Positions 1 through 7,852 of a stretch of 64,000 nucleotides of DNA are shown piece after piece. Source of the stretch: Clostridiales bacterium (GTDB lineage: Bacteria > Bacillota > Clostridia > Saccharofermentanales > Saccharofermentanaceae). The DNA is taken from NCBI GenBank assembly GCA_017550385.1, contig JAFZPJ010000053.1:32683-96682 (forward strand), given 5' to 3'. A program made the translations under genes and the position numbers. A model generated the notes under the pieces. It saw only the letters and a list, made by a program, of their open reading frames with translations. It was not told the origin of the DNA and did no database searches. Every line of letters starts with the position of its first letter. Position 1 is the stretch's first letter.

Positions 1-1509
1 CTGGGACTGATACTCTACTGGGTCAATTACGTTCGCAAGCGTATCCTTCCTACCGGAACGAGAACATATATAACGGCATCCTCGATGTTCATGATCATAT
101 ACATCCTGCAGAAGGTGATCAGATACCGCCTGATCGTGGACTCGGTTGCCGCATACAGGTACATGGGGTATTTCTACTTCATCCCGCTTGTCATGATGCC
201 GACGCTCCTGCTCGTGACTGCGATAGATCTCAGATACGGCAGCAGCAGGAATGCGGTGATCGTCGAGAGGATAATCCTCGTGATGGCTGCGGGTGTAGCT
301 GCGGTCGCTTTGACCAACGATATCCACCACCTCGTCTATGTTCCGACTGTAGACCTCTCGGCCTTCGATATGAGCAATAACACATATTCGTGGGGCATCG
401 GCTTCTACGGTATATACGGCTGGATAATCCTATCGCTCGTATCAGGCGTGGCCCTGCTGGTCAACGCGGTAAGCCAGACCGGCAAGAAGGCTATCGTCTA
501 TCTTGTCTGCGCGGTCCTGGCGTGGCTTTTGCTGTCACTTGTTCATGCTCTGGTCTTCGAACGCTACGGGCTTCCAAGGCCGTTCTTCAAGCCGGAGATC
601 GACTGCTTCTGCAATCTGTTGATCTTTGAGTGCTGCATAAGGTTCAGGCTGATCCCGTTCAACGAGAACTATCAGGGCTTCTTCGGCAATCTCAAGCTGC
701 CTATCCTCATCACGGACAAAGACCTTAAGATCGTCCATGAGACGGCCGTCCCGGTCAACGCCAACAAAGACATCCTCATGAAGGCAAAGAACGTGCCCGT
801 GTATACGGACGAGGACACGAGGCTTGCCGCCATGAAGATCCGCGCAGGCTACGCATTCTGGACCGAGAACGAATACGAGCTCCATCAGGAGCGTAAGAGA
901 CTGTACTCGGCCAACGAGATCCTGAGCGAAGAGAACGATCTTATCGAAGTCGAGAACAAGCTCAAGGAGAAGAAGGCGCACCTCGAGGCGCAGAACCTCG
1001 TATACGAGCGCATCACGGAAGCAATATATCCCAAACAAAAGAAGATAGAGAAGATACTGACGGATACTGATCCGGGCCGGGCAAGCTTCCCGGACGAACT
1101 CGGCAAAGCCTGCGTTCTCAACGCATATTCCAAGCGTAAGACAAACCTGCTGTTGCTGAGGGAAGATTTGCTCCCGGAGAGCAACCGCGAACTGTTCCTC
1201 GCGCTCGCCGAGTCTTGCCGCTTCCTCAAATGCTGCGGTATAGACGCCGCTGCGGTCGGTGAGGAATATTCAGAACTGCCGCTTAGGGCCGTGAACGAGT
1301 TGTATGATGTTTTCGAGACGGTAGTAGAGACGTATCTGCCGACGCTCTCGCGAATGACCGTATCCGTCCTGCCGAACGGCGTGCGTATAGCGATGGAGGC
1401 CAATAAGGAGCTGCCGCTGCCCAAGACGGCGCTTCCCGTTGACTGCAAGGAGAGCGACGGGATCTTGTACATCACCATCCTTAGCAAAGAGGGAGGCGAT
1501 GCCGCATGA
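1..1509 (+). CDS. Multi-TM membrane sensor protein with degenerate kinase-like C-terminus (5'-truncated by window edge)
   Basis: Frame is open from base 1 (LGLILYWVNYVRKRILP...). About 7 hydrophobic helices (HisKA_7TM-like), then a coiled coil and a GHKL-like tail lacking a clear H-box or G-boxes. Stop overlaps the next start (ATGA). Confidence 0.7.
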   Translation: MGLILYWVNYVRKRILPTGTRTYITASSMFMIIYILQKVIRYRLIVDSVAAYRYMGYFYFIPLVMMPTLLLVTAIDLRYGSSRNAVIVERIILVMAAGVAAVALTNDIHHLVYVPTVDLSAFDMSNNTYSWGIGFYGIYGWIILSLVSGVALLVNAVSQTGKKAIVYLVCAVLAWLLLSLVHALVFERYGLPRPFFKPEIDCFCNLLIFECCIRFRLIPFNENYQGFFGNLKLPILITDKDLKIVHETAVPVNANKDILMKAKNVPVYTDEDTRLAAMKIRAGYAFWTENEYELHQERKRLYSANEILSEENDLIEVENKLKEKKAHLEAQNLVYERITEAIYPKQKKIEKILTDTDPGRASFPDELGKACVLNAYSKRKTNLLLLREDLLPESNRELFLALAESCRFLKCCGIDAAAVGEEYSELPLRAVNELYDVFETVVETYLPTLSRMTVSVLPNGVRIAMEANKELPLPKTALPVDCKESDGILYITILSKEGGDAA

Positions 1510-2765
1510 CCGCTCTGATATCCGTTGCAGGCACCTGGACCTGGTATGTCATCTGCATCACTGCGCTCATTCTCTGCGCGGGCTCGCTCTCGGTCGTGTT
1601 CCGCTGCATTAGCGACAGGCGTAACAAGGCGCCGCTCATCGTTGCCCTGCTGAACCTGACACTGATAACGATGGTCGTTATCGTCCTTATGGACTGCGGG
1701 CATTGTCTGCACGCCTACGAGACGAATGAGTACACTCTGTTCCAGCTGTCCCTGTTCAAGACGCCGTACTATGTTTACACCCTGCTCGAGATACTGACCT
1801 GCATCATATGGCTCCTGCTCGGGCTTGAAGGGACCAGCTACCGCTCCAAGAACATTACGCCCGATGCCATACAGCAGGCCATAGACGCCCTTCCGGAAGG
1901 CGTTGCCATCAGCAGCGAAGACGGAACGGTAAGGCTGTCCAACCTGAGGATCAATAACCTGAGCAGGACGCTGACCGGCAAGGTCCTGACGAACGCGCGC
2001 GAGTTCTGGTCTTATGTGACGACGGAAGGATCGGAGCAGGGCGGACAATTCTTTATCCGCAATGCGGGAGAGGCCGTGTGGCTGTTCAACAAGGACACGC
2101 TTACGATCGACGGTACCGCATATGATCAGATAACGGCGATGAACGTTACCGCGCGCTATGCGATCATCAGGGAGCTCGAGGCCAAACACGAACGGCTCCA
2201 GGACATCCAGCGCCGTATGCGGGAGGTCTCGGACTTGTCCGGCAAGATGTTCATCGCACAGGAAGAAGCGGACGCCAGGGCAGCGCTGCATAACCAGCTC
2301 GGACAGGTCCTTCTCATGGGCCGCCACTGTATCAACCATCCGGACGTAACGGACCCCGGCGTCGTATACGCGGCAACCATGCAGATGAATCAGTTCCTCC
2401 TGGGCGAAGCTCAGAAACCGTATGAAGGCGGTGAGGACGAGCTGTCGCAGTCGATCTCGCTGGCAAACAGCATCGGCGTCAGAGTAGAGATGACAGGGGA
2501 CGAACCTGCGGATACTGATGCGCGGCAGATCCTTGCCCAGGCCATAACCGAATGCGCCGCCAACACGGTCAAGCACGCGGAAGGCGACAGGATAATGATA
2601 AACATAAGCGATGCCGGGATCGTCATCACGAACAACGGCAAGCCGCCCAAGGGCACGATCGCCGAGAGCGGCGGACTTCTCTCGCTCCGCAGGAAGATCG
2701 AAGCCCTGGGAGGCACCATGCTCATCGAAAGCGATCCGGCGTTCGCACTTCATATCCAGCTCTGA
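1506..2765 (+). CDS. Sensor histidine kinase (HisKA_3/NarX-LiaS type)
   Basis: 3 TM helices, PAS-like segment (AIDALPEGVAI), H-box ARAALHNQLGQ, N-box ECAANTVKHA, TNNG and GGLLSLRRK G-boxes. Confidence 0.88.
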   Translation: MTALISVAGTWTWYVICITALILCAGSLSVVFRCISDRRNKAPLIVALLNLTLITMVVIVLMDCGHCLHAYETNEYTLFQLSLFKTPYYVYTLLEILTCIIWLLLGLEGTSYRSKNITPDAIQQAIDALPEGVAISSEDGTVRLSNLRINNLSRTLTGKVLTNAREFWSYVTTEGSEQGGQFFIRNAGEAVWLFNKDTLTIDGTAYDQITAMNVTARYAIIRELEAKHERLQDIQRRMREVSDLSGKMFIAQEEADARAALHNQLGQVLLMGRHCINHPDVTDPGVVYAATMQMNQFLLGEAQKPYEGGEDELSQSISLANSIGVRVEMTGDEPADTDARQILAQAITECAANTVKHAEGDRIMINISDAGIVITNNGKPPKGTIAESGGLLSLRRKIEALGGTMLIESDPAFALHIQL

Positions 2766-2798
2766 CGGTGGGGGCTGAATTCAGTCTGGTTTTGAGTT

Positions 2799-2913
2799 AA
2801 GTTACTGACATACATGCTGCATGCGCAGTAACTTTTGCAGTAGTTTTGGGCCTTTTTTGGTCAAAGTTACTGACATACATGCTGTATACGCAGTAACTCT
2901 TGCAGTAGTTTTG
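2799..2913. repeat. Tandem direct repeat, two ~50-bp copies at 65-bp period, each with an internal inverted repeat
   Basis: aagttactgacatacatgctgcatgcgcagtaacttttgcagtagttttg (2799-2848) and aagttactgacatacatgctgtatacgcagtaactcttgcagtagttttg (2864-2913). Confidence 0.9.
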
Positions 2914-2943
2914 TTCCCAAGCTACCGTCAACGCAGATCCAAA

Positions 2944-2992
2944 AAAATGGTACAAACGGGTGATAGTAACTGAGCCGGAACTCTTTTACTAT
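2944..2992 (+). promoter_or_regulatory. Activator box plus -10 element (copy 1)
   Basis: AAAATGGTACAAACGGGTGATA 2944-2965, 21-bp spacer, TACTAT 2987-2992. Confidence 0.75.
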
Positions 2993-2997
2993 TAACT

Positions 2998-3076
2998 CAA
3001 GCAACAGCAATTGGCTGCAGACATCTTACCTCAACAAAAGGAGTGATAACGGAAAGCCCCGTTGTCGCTCCTTTGC
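2998..3076 (+). ncRNA. Candidate two-component-system-dependent small RNA
   Basis: Follows the box/-10 promoter. 5' hairpin CAGC-aattg-GCTG, unpaired CAGACATCTTACCTC (anti-start codon/anti-SD), then a 16-bp stem 3037-3074 with two G-U pairs and a short U tract. No annotated ORF. Confidence 0.55.
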
Positions 3077-3084
3077 CGCTTTCG

Positions 3085-3133
3085 AAAATGGTACAAATGG
3101 GTGATAGGCTAGTCATATGCCATGTAATAGAAT
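3085..3133 (+). promoter_or_regulatory. Activator box plus -10 element (copy 2), promoter of the ChW protein gene
   Basis: AAAATGGTACAAATGGGTGATA 3085-3106, 21-bp spacer, TAGAAT 3128-3133. Confidence 0.78.
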
Positions 3134-3167
3134 CTATAGTAATTAATTATCAAGGGGAGGCATACTT

Positions 3168-5276
3168 ATGAGAATTGCGTTGAGCCTTAGAAAACTCATG
3201 GTATCTGTGATCGTCGCAGCGATGACGATGGTGATGATTCCGTGTTTGACCACTAATGCTGATACTACTCTTCCTGTTAGCGTTCTTATCGGTTCGCGAG
3301 ACTATAACAATAATATTATGACTCCAGATACAGCCGGAGGCACAGCTGTGGTCAATACTTCTGTGGTAAAGCCGGGTGAAACTGTGACCGTAGTATACAC
3401 AGCAAATACGGGTTATTATTTGGATTCGATATGTTTTAGTAATGGCTGTGCTATTTATCAGGACGGATTGAATAATAAGTTTACAGTTCCTGCTGACTTT
3501 GAGGGCACTTCACTCGTTATCGATGTTACATTCAAAGCATCAAATTCGATAACCACATATCCTTTGAAATTCTACAGCAGTTCGAATTTCAATTTTAAAA
3601 CAGTCTATGCTGTATCAGGCGCGAAGATAGCGCTTGTCGATTATGATTATTATTTGTCTGCTCCGACCGGAAAGCATTTTGAGGGTTGGCTGTATGATGA
3701 TTATGTTGTTACAGGCGAGTATTTCAGCAAATATAAGATGGATAACGGCTTTTTGTACACGGTTAACGGACCTGCTGAGTTCCATCCTGTCTTTAAGAAT
3801 TGGTTTACAGGCTGGACAGATACCGGAGATGGCGGCGCTGTAGAGAATTCTGTCGGAGATGCTCTTCAAGGAGGCTTAGGAAGCACCAATCCTTATTTGC
3901 CGCAGACACCGGGTGAGACTGTGTACTTTGAGTTTGATTTGAAGGACGGTTATATACTTGATAATGACAATAAGGTTGAGATAATCGGTGCAGATGGTCA
4001 AACTGTACTTAAAACACTATCAATGAACAAATATCCCAATAGTAACTATTATCGTGTCAGTTTCACTATGCCTGATCAGGATATCAGTTTTAAGTTTAAA
4101 ACAAAGAGCCTCTACAAAACAGTTACATTTAATTCTAACGGCGGAAGTGCAGTTGCTGCACAGACAGTAGATAACGGCGGAAAGGCAACAAAGCCTGCAG
4201 ATCCTACAAAGAGCGGATACACCTTTGGTGGCTGGTATGCAGATTCAGCATGCACCACAGCATATGACTTCAATTCAGCAGTAACAACAGATCTCACACT
4301 CTATGCTAAGTGGACTGCAGTTGTAACTACACCCGAGCCCATCGAAACACCCAAGCTCACAACAGGTATCGCACATGTCCAGGATATCGGTGATGTCAGT
4401 GTAGCGGTTGGCTCTGACGGCGTTCTTACCATCGGTACGACAGGTATGGGCAAGCGTCTCGAGCAGATAACGATCAACTTCGAGAACAATACACCTTATT
4501 CGGGATCGCTTGAGTACAGGGTTCATGTTCAGAATAAAGGCTGGATGGAATGGGTTCCTGCCGGAACAAAGTGCGGTACAGAAGGTCAGTCCTTACGTAT
4601 TGAAGCCATCGAGATCCGTCTTACCGGAGAACTCGCAGACTATTACTCGGTAGAGTACTGCGTACATATCCAGGACTACGGCGATATGCAGGGCTGGGTA
4701 AAGGACGGAGCACTTGCAGGTACTACAGGTGAGTCCAAGAGGATAGAAGAACTCAAGATAAGGATAGTACCCAAGAACTCAGGTTCTTCAATGTCAGTTA
4801 AGTACAGAGTACACGTACAGGATTACGGCTGGGAGAAGTCATATGCAACTAATGGTGCAATGTCAGGAACCAGTGGTGAATCCAAGAGACTCGAAGGAAT
4901 AGAACTCTTCCTGTCGGGAACACAGTACTCAGGCGGAATCAAGTACAAGACACATGTACAGGATTACGGCTGGCAGGGCTGGAGCTATGACGGCGAGATG
5001 AGCGGAACGCAGGGCGAGTCGAAGAGACTTGAGGGAATCTGCATCGAGCTCTACGGTGAGATAGCGAACTATTACGATATCTACTACAGAGTACATGCAC
5101 AGGACATCGGCTGGATGGGCTGGGCAAAGAACGGCGAATGTGCAGGCACAGCAGGAAGATCTGCAAGACTTGAAGGTATCCAGATCGTTCTCGTGCCTAA
5201 GGGATCACCCGCGCCCGGCGCTACATACGAAGGTATTACGGCAGTAACTGAGACACCGTTCATAGAAGGATTCTGA
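3168..5276 (+). CDS. Secreted surface protein with InlB B-repeat-like modules and C-terminal clostridial hydrophobic W (ChW) repeats
   Basis: GGGGAGG RBS, signal peptide, VTFNSNGGS...PTKSGYTFGGWY...LYAKW module, and repeated YRVHVQDxGW...GTxGESKRLE ChW motifs. Confidence 0.88.
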   Translation: MRIALSLRKLMVSVIVAAMTMVMIPCLTTNADTTLPVSVLIGSRDYNNNIMTPDTAGGTAVVNTSVVKPGETVTVVYTANTGYYLDSICFSNGCAIYQDGLNNKFTVPADFEGTSLVIDVTFKASNSITTYPLKFYSSSNFNFKTVYAVSGAKIALVDYDYYLSAPTGKHFEGWLYDDYVVTGEYFSKYKMDNGFLYTVNGPAEFHPVFKNWFTGWTDTGDGGAVENSVGDALQGGLGSTNPYLPQTPGETVYFEFDLKDGYILDNDNKVEIIGADGQTVLKTLSMNKYPNSNYYRVSFTMPDQDISFKFKTKSLYKTVTFNSNGGSAVAAQTVDNGGKATKPADPTKSGYTFGGWYADSACTTAYDFNSAVTTDLTLYAKWTAVVTTPEPIETPKLTTGIAHVQDIGDVSVAVGSDGVLTIGTTGMGKRLEQITINFENNTPYSGSLEYRVHVQNKGWMEWVPAGTKCGTEGQSLRIEAIEIRLTGELADYYSVEYCVHIQDYGDMQGWVKDGALAGTTGESKRIEELKIRIVPKNSGSSMSVKYRVHVQDYGWEKSYATNGAMSGTSGESKRLEGIELFLSGTQYSGGIKYKTHVQDYGWQGWSYDGEMSGTQGESKRLEGICIELYGEIANYYDIYYRVHAQDIGWMGWAKNGECAGTAGRSARLEGIQIVLVPKGSPAPGATYEGITAVTETPFIEGF

Positions 5277-5298
5277 TCCGCGAGAGGGATATGAGTAA

Positions 5299-5335
5299 GG
5301 AGAAGGCCGGTCCGTATGGGCCGGTTCTTCTTTTG
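5299..5335 (+). terminator. Intrinsic terminator
   Basis: gaaggccggtcc-gtat-gggccggttctt followed by a T run after the ChW gene. Confidence 0.75.
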
Positions 5336-5341
5336 GGAAGA

Positions 5342-5511
5342 ACTACCACTGTTCCACTATGCAGTACACCGACAGTAACAAACAGCCCTTTTCGGGGCGA
5401 AAAGCACTACCATTGTTCTGCCATGCAGTACACCTGTAGTAACAAACGGCCCTCTTCGATGCGAAATACACTGCAGATGTACCGCATGGCAGTGTATTTT
5501 GCAGTGTAAAA
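5342..5511. repeat. Degenerate tandem repeat, three units at 64-bp period (starts 5342, 5406, 5470)
   Basis: actaccactgttccactatgcagtacaccgacagtaacaaacagcccttttcggggcgaaaagc / actaccattgttctgccatgcagtacacctgtagtaacaaacggccctcttcgatgcgaaatac / actgcagatgtaccgcatggcagtgtattttgcagtgtaaaa. Confidence 0.8.
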
Positions 5512-5526
5512 CGGAGCCTGCCGGCA

Positions 5527-5575
5527 AAAATGGTACAAATGGGTGATATAAATCACGGTTCCCAACGACTACAAT
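5527..5575 (+). promoter_or_regulatory. Activator box plus -10 element (copy 3), promoter of the response regulator gene
   Basis: AAAATGGTACAAATGGGTGATA 5527-5548, 21-bp spacer, TACAAT 5570-5575. Confidence 0.78.
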
Positions 5576-5606
5576 GGAATCATTAACGTTATAAAGGGGT
5601 ATTGTC

Positions 5607-6260
5607 ATGTCTGATAAAGCAAGAGTACTTGTAGTAGACGATCAGAACATCTCCAGAGGCTTCTTCGAGATGTATGTCCGCGCATCGGTTAATTACGAGC
5701 TTGCAGCAGGTCTGCGCACGGCTCAGGAGGCAGTCAGATACGTCGACGAGAACAAGGTCGATCTTCTGATACTGGACGTCATGATGCAGGACGGCATCGA
5801 CGGACTGACTGCGGCAGAGATGATCAAGCAGAAGCACCCCGAGGTCAAGATCATCCTTACGACATCCACGTCGGAGACTAGCTGGGAGCAGAAGGCAAAG
5901 GAAGCGGGCATCGAGAGCTTCTGGTACAAGGAGTACGACGAGCACGGCCTGCTGGAGATAATGGAGCGCACGCTGAACGGCGAATCGATCTACCCCGCCG
6001 ACGAGCCGAACGTTCCTTTCGGCAAGATAACCCGGGCCGAGCTCACGGAACGCGAGATCGAGATATTAAGAGAGCTTACCGCGAGCAGGACGAACGAAGA
6101 GATCGCAGAGCGCCTGGTCATATCCGTAAACACCGTTAAGAGGCATATCCAGAACATCATGGAGAAGACGGGATTCGAGAGCCGTCTGGAACTTGCCATG
6201 AACGCCAAGAGCATCGGTCTGGTCGTAAACGACAGCGACAGGCTTGGTTCGGACCAGTAA
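5607..6260 (+). CDS. NarL/LuxR-family response regulator
   Basis: REC domain (VLVVDD, LILDVMM, IILTT, YK) plus LuxR HTH LTEREIEIL...NEEIAERLVISVNTVKRHIQNIMEK. Confidence 0.95.
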   Translation: MSDKARVLVVDDQNISRGFFEMYVRASVNYELAAGLRTAQEAVRYVDENKVDLLILDVMMQDGIDGLTAAEMIKQKHPEVKIILTTSTSETSWEQKAKEAGIESFWYKEYDEHGLLEIMERTLNGESIYPADEPNVPFGKITRAELTEREIEILRELTASRTNEEIAERLVISVNTVKRHIQNIMEKTGFESRLELAMNAKSIGLVVNDSDRLGSDQ

Positions 6261-6296
6261 TGCAACATTTCACCTCCCGTACCTGTATTAAGGGTA
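6261..6296 (+). promoter_or_regulatory. Putative ECF sigma factor promoter
   Basis: TGCAACATTTC-N10-CCTGTATTAAGGGTA. Near-identical architecture at 41359-41394. Confidence 0.65.
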
Positions 6297-6321
6297 TCAG
6301 TTACGCAGGGAGGTAATCAGG

Positions 6322-7152
6322 ATGAAGAGTATAACAAGGATGACATGCGTTGCGGCGGCTGCCATGGCCGTCGCTTTGGCATTTGCGGGCTGCAGCACGG
6401 ATGCTCCCAAAAGCAGTAAGGAAGACGAAGAGCCGGAGGAGTCCGCGATCGAAGAATCAGAAGAAGAACCTTCTGTCACGGCAGGATCGTCTGCGGCGCC
6501 GGCAATGGTAACGCTGGAGTATAACATAGTACCTGCGGGTTCGTCCGAAGGAACTGATGACAGGGGGTACTATGTTTTCGAGACGCCGGAAGATGATCTT
6601 CCTTATAAGCTTGTCATCGCCGCGGGAGAGTTTTCCACGGGCGGATACGACATCGAGATAACCGATGTTATGTACGACGGGACGGAGCTGACAGTTACGG
6701 TCAAGGAGACATCGCCTGCCGATACCGACATGGTGACCGAAGCGTTTACATACCCGTGCTGTGCCGTGGAACTCGGCATCCTTCCCGACGAGATAACCGT
6801 TGTGTCCGAGAGCGGCCAGGAGTTCGAATGCCTGGACGTCAGCCTTGACGGGGGCGAGATCGAAGACGGCTGGCTCTGTGTGCTGGAAGACGGTGCGGGC
6901 GAGATCATGCGCAAGACCTATGTGTATGAGAATGCGGACGGCACATACAAGTACATCAACGTCGAATCCACCACGACGAGCTGGGGCGCTTCGACCTGGA
7001 ACGATGTAGTGAAGGGCAGCGGCACCGCGGATACCAGAGACGATGTCGTTGCCGCAGCGGAGGATTTCGGCTCATGCGGATTCGTACTGCTTCCTAATGA
7101 CTACCAGACCGTCTACACGATAGAGGAGTTCACCGCAGCCAAAGCGTTCTGA
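6322..7152 (+). CDS. Lipoprotein with PrcB C-terminal-like domain
   Basis: Lipobox FAGC; motif AAGEFSTGGYDIEITDV...VKETSP...VTEAFTYP typical of PrcB_C. Confidence 0.75.
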   Translation: MKSITRMTCVAAAAMAVALAFAGCSTDAPKSSKEDEEPEESAIEESEEEPSVTAGSSAAPAMVTLEYNIVPAGSSEGTDDRGYYVFETPEDDLPYKLVIAAGEFSTGGYDIEITDVMYDGTELTVTVKETSPADTDMVTEAFTYPCCAVELGILPDEITVVSESGQEFECLDVSLDGGEIEDGWLCVLEDGAGEIMRKTYVYENADGTYKYINVESTTTSWGASTWNDVVKGSGTADTRDDVVAAAEDFGSCGFVLLPNDYQTVYTIEEFTAAKAF

Positions 7153-7158
7153 TCTTAT

Positions 7159-7171
7159 CCACGCAGCGTAG
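7159..7171. promoter_or_regulatory. Imperfect palindrome, possible operator of the adjacent XRE regulator
   Basis: CCACG-CAG-CGTAG next to the -35 position of a TGcTATCTT extended -10 (7193-7201). Confidence 0.4.
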
Positions 7172-7224
7172 GTAACATCTGATGCCTCCTCATGCTATCT
7201 TGGTAGCGTAAGGAGGTATTTGCT

Positions 7225-7809
7225 ATGGACAGATACATTACCGGAGCCGTCATAAGGAGGCTCCGCGAAAATAAACACATGACGCAGGAGGAACTGGCGG
7301 AGAGGGTCTTCGTCAGCAGCAAGGCGGTAAGCAAGTGGGAGACCGGCCAGGGTTTCCCTGACATCAGCCTCATCGAGCCGCTGGCGGAAGCCTTGGGCAT
7401 ATCCGTTATCGAGCTTCTCTCGGGCGAGGACATAAAGAACCTCAACCGCTCCTCGAAAATGTCCCGCTCCAGGTTCTACGTCTGCCCCGTATGCGGGAAC
7501 ATCATACAGGCTTCGGGCGAAGCCGTGATAAGCTGCTGCGGTATAACCCTGCCGCCGCTGGAAGCGGAAGAACCGGACGAAGAGCACGTTATCAGAAAGG
7601 AGATCGTTGAGGACGAATACTACGTTACGACCGGTCATCCGATGACGAAGGATCACTATATATCCTTCCTGGCGGCCGTATCGGATCACGGCGTCCAGCT
7701 GGTGAAACTGTACCCTGAAGGCGCCTCGGAAGCCAGGTTCAGGATAGACGGCGTCCGCAAGTTCTACGCATACTGCAACCGCCACGGGCTTTATGAACTG
7801 AAGAACTGA
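7225..7809 (+). CDS. XRE-family HTH fused to desulfoferrodoxin-like (desulforedoxin + SOR-like) domains
   Basis: MTQEELAERVFVSSKAVSKWETG HTH; CPVCGN...SCCG; HPMTKDHYISF...YCNRHGLY. Confidence 0.88.
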   Translation: MDRYITGAVIRRLRENKHMTQEELAERVFVSSKAVSKWETGQGFPDISLIEPLAEALGISVIELLSGEDIKNLNRSSKMSRSRFYVCPVCGNIIQASGEAVISCCGITLPPLEAEEPDEEHVIRKEIVEDEYYVTTGHPMTKDHYISFLAAVSDHGVQLVKLYPEGASEARFRIDGVRKFYAYCNRHGLYELKN

Positions 7810-7852
7810 TTGGAGTATAATGTCATCAGGATATGGGATAAGGAGATACCTG

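Noticed and set aside
885-2753. 622-aa minus-strand ORF and other long antisense ORFs (e.g. 30088-31581, 13955-14866)
   Set aside because: Shadow frames of well-supported genes, caused by codon bias; no motifs or RBS.
2799-5511. Tandem repeats read as CRISPR arrays
   Set aside because: Only 2-3 units, similarity extends across the whole unit, no unique spacers, no cas genes.
5291-5608. Short ORFs spanning the repeat region
   Set aside because: They overlap a terminator, the repeats and a promoter, with no recognisable protein features.
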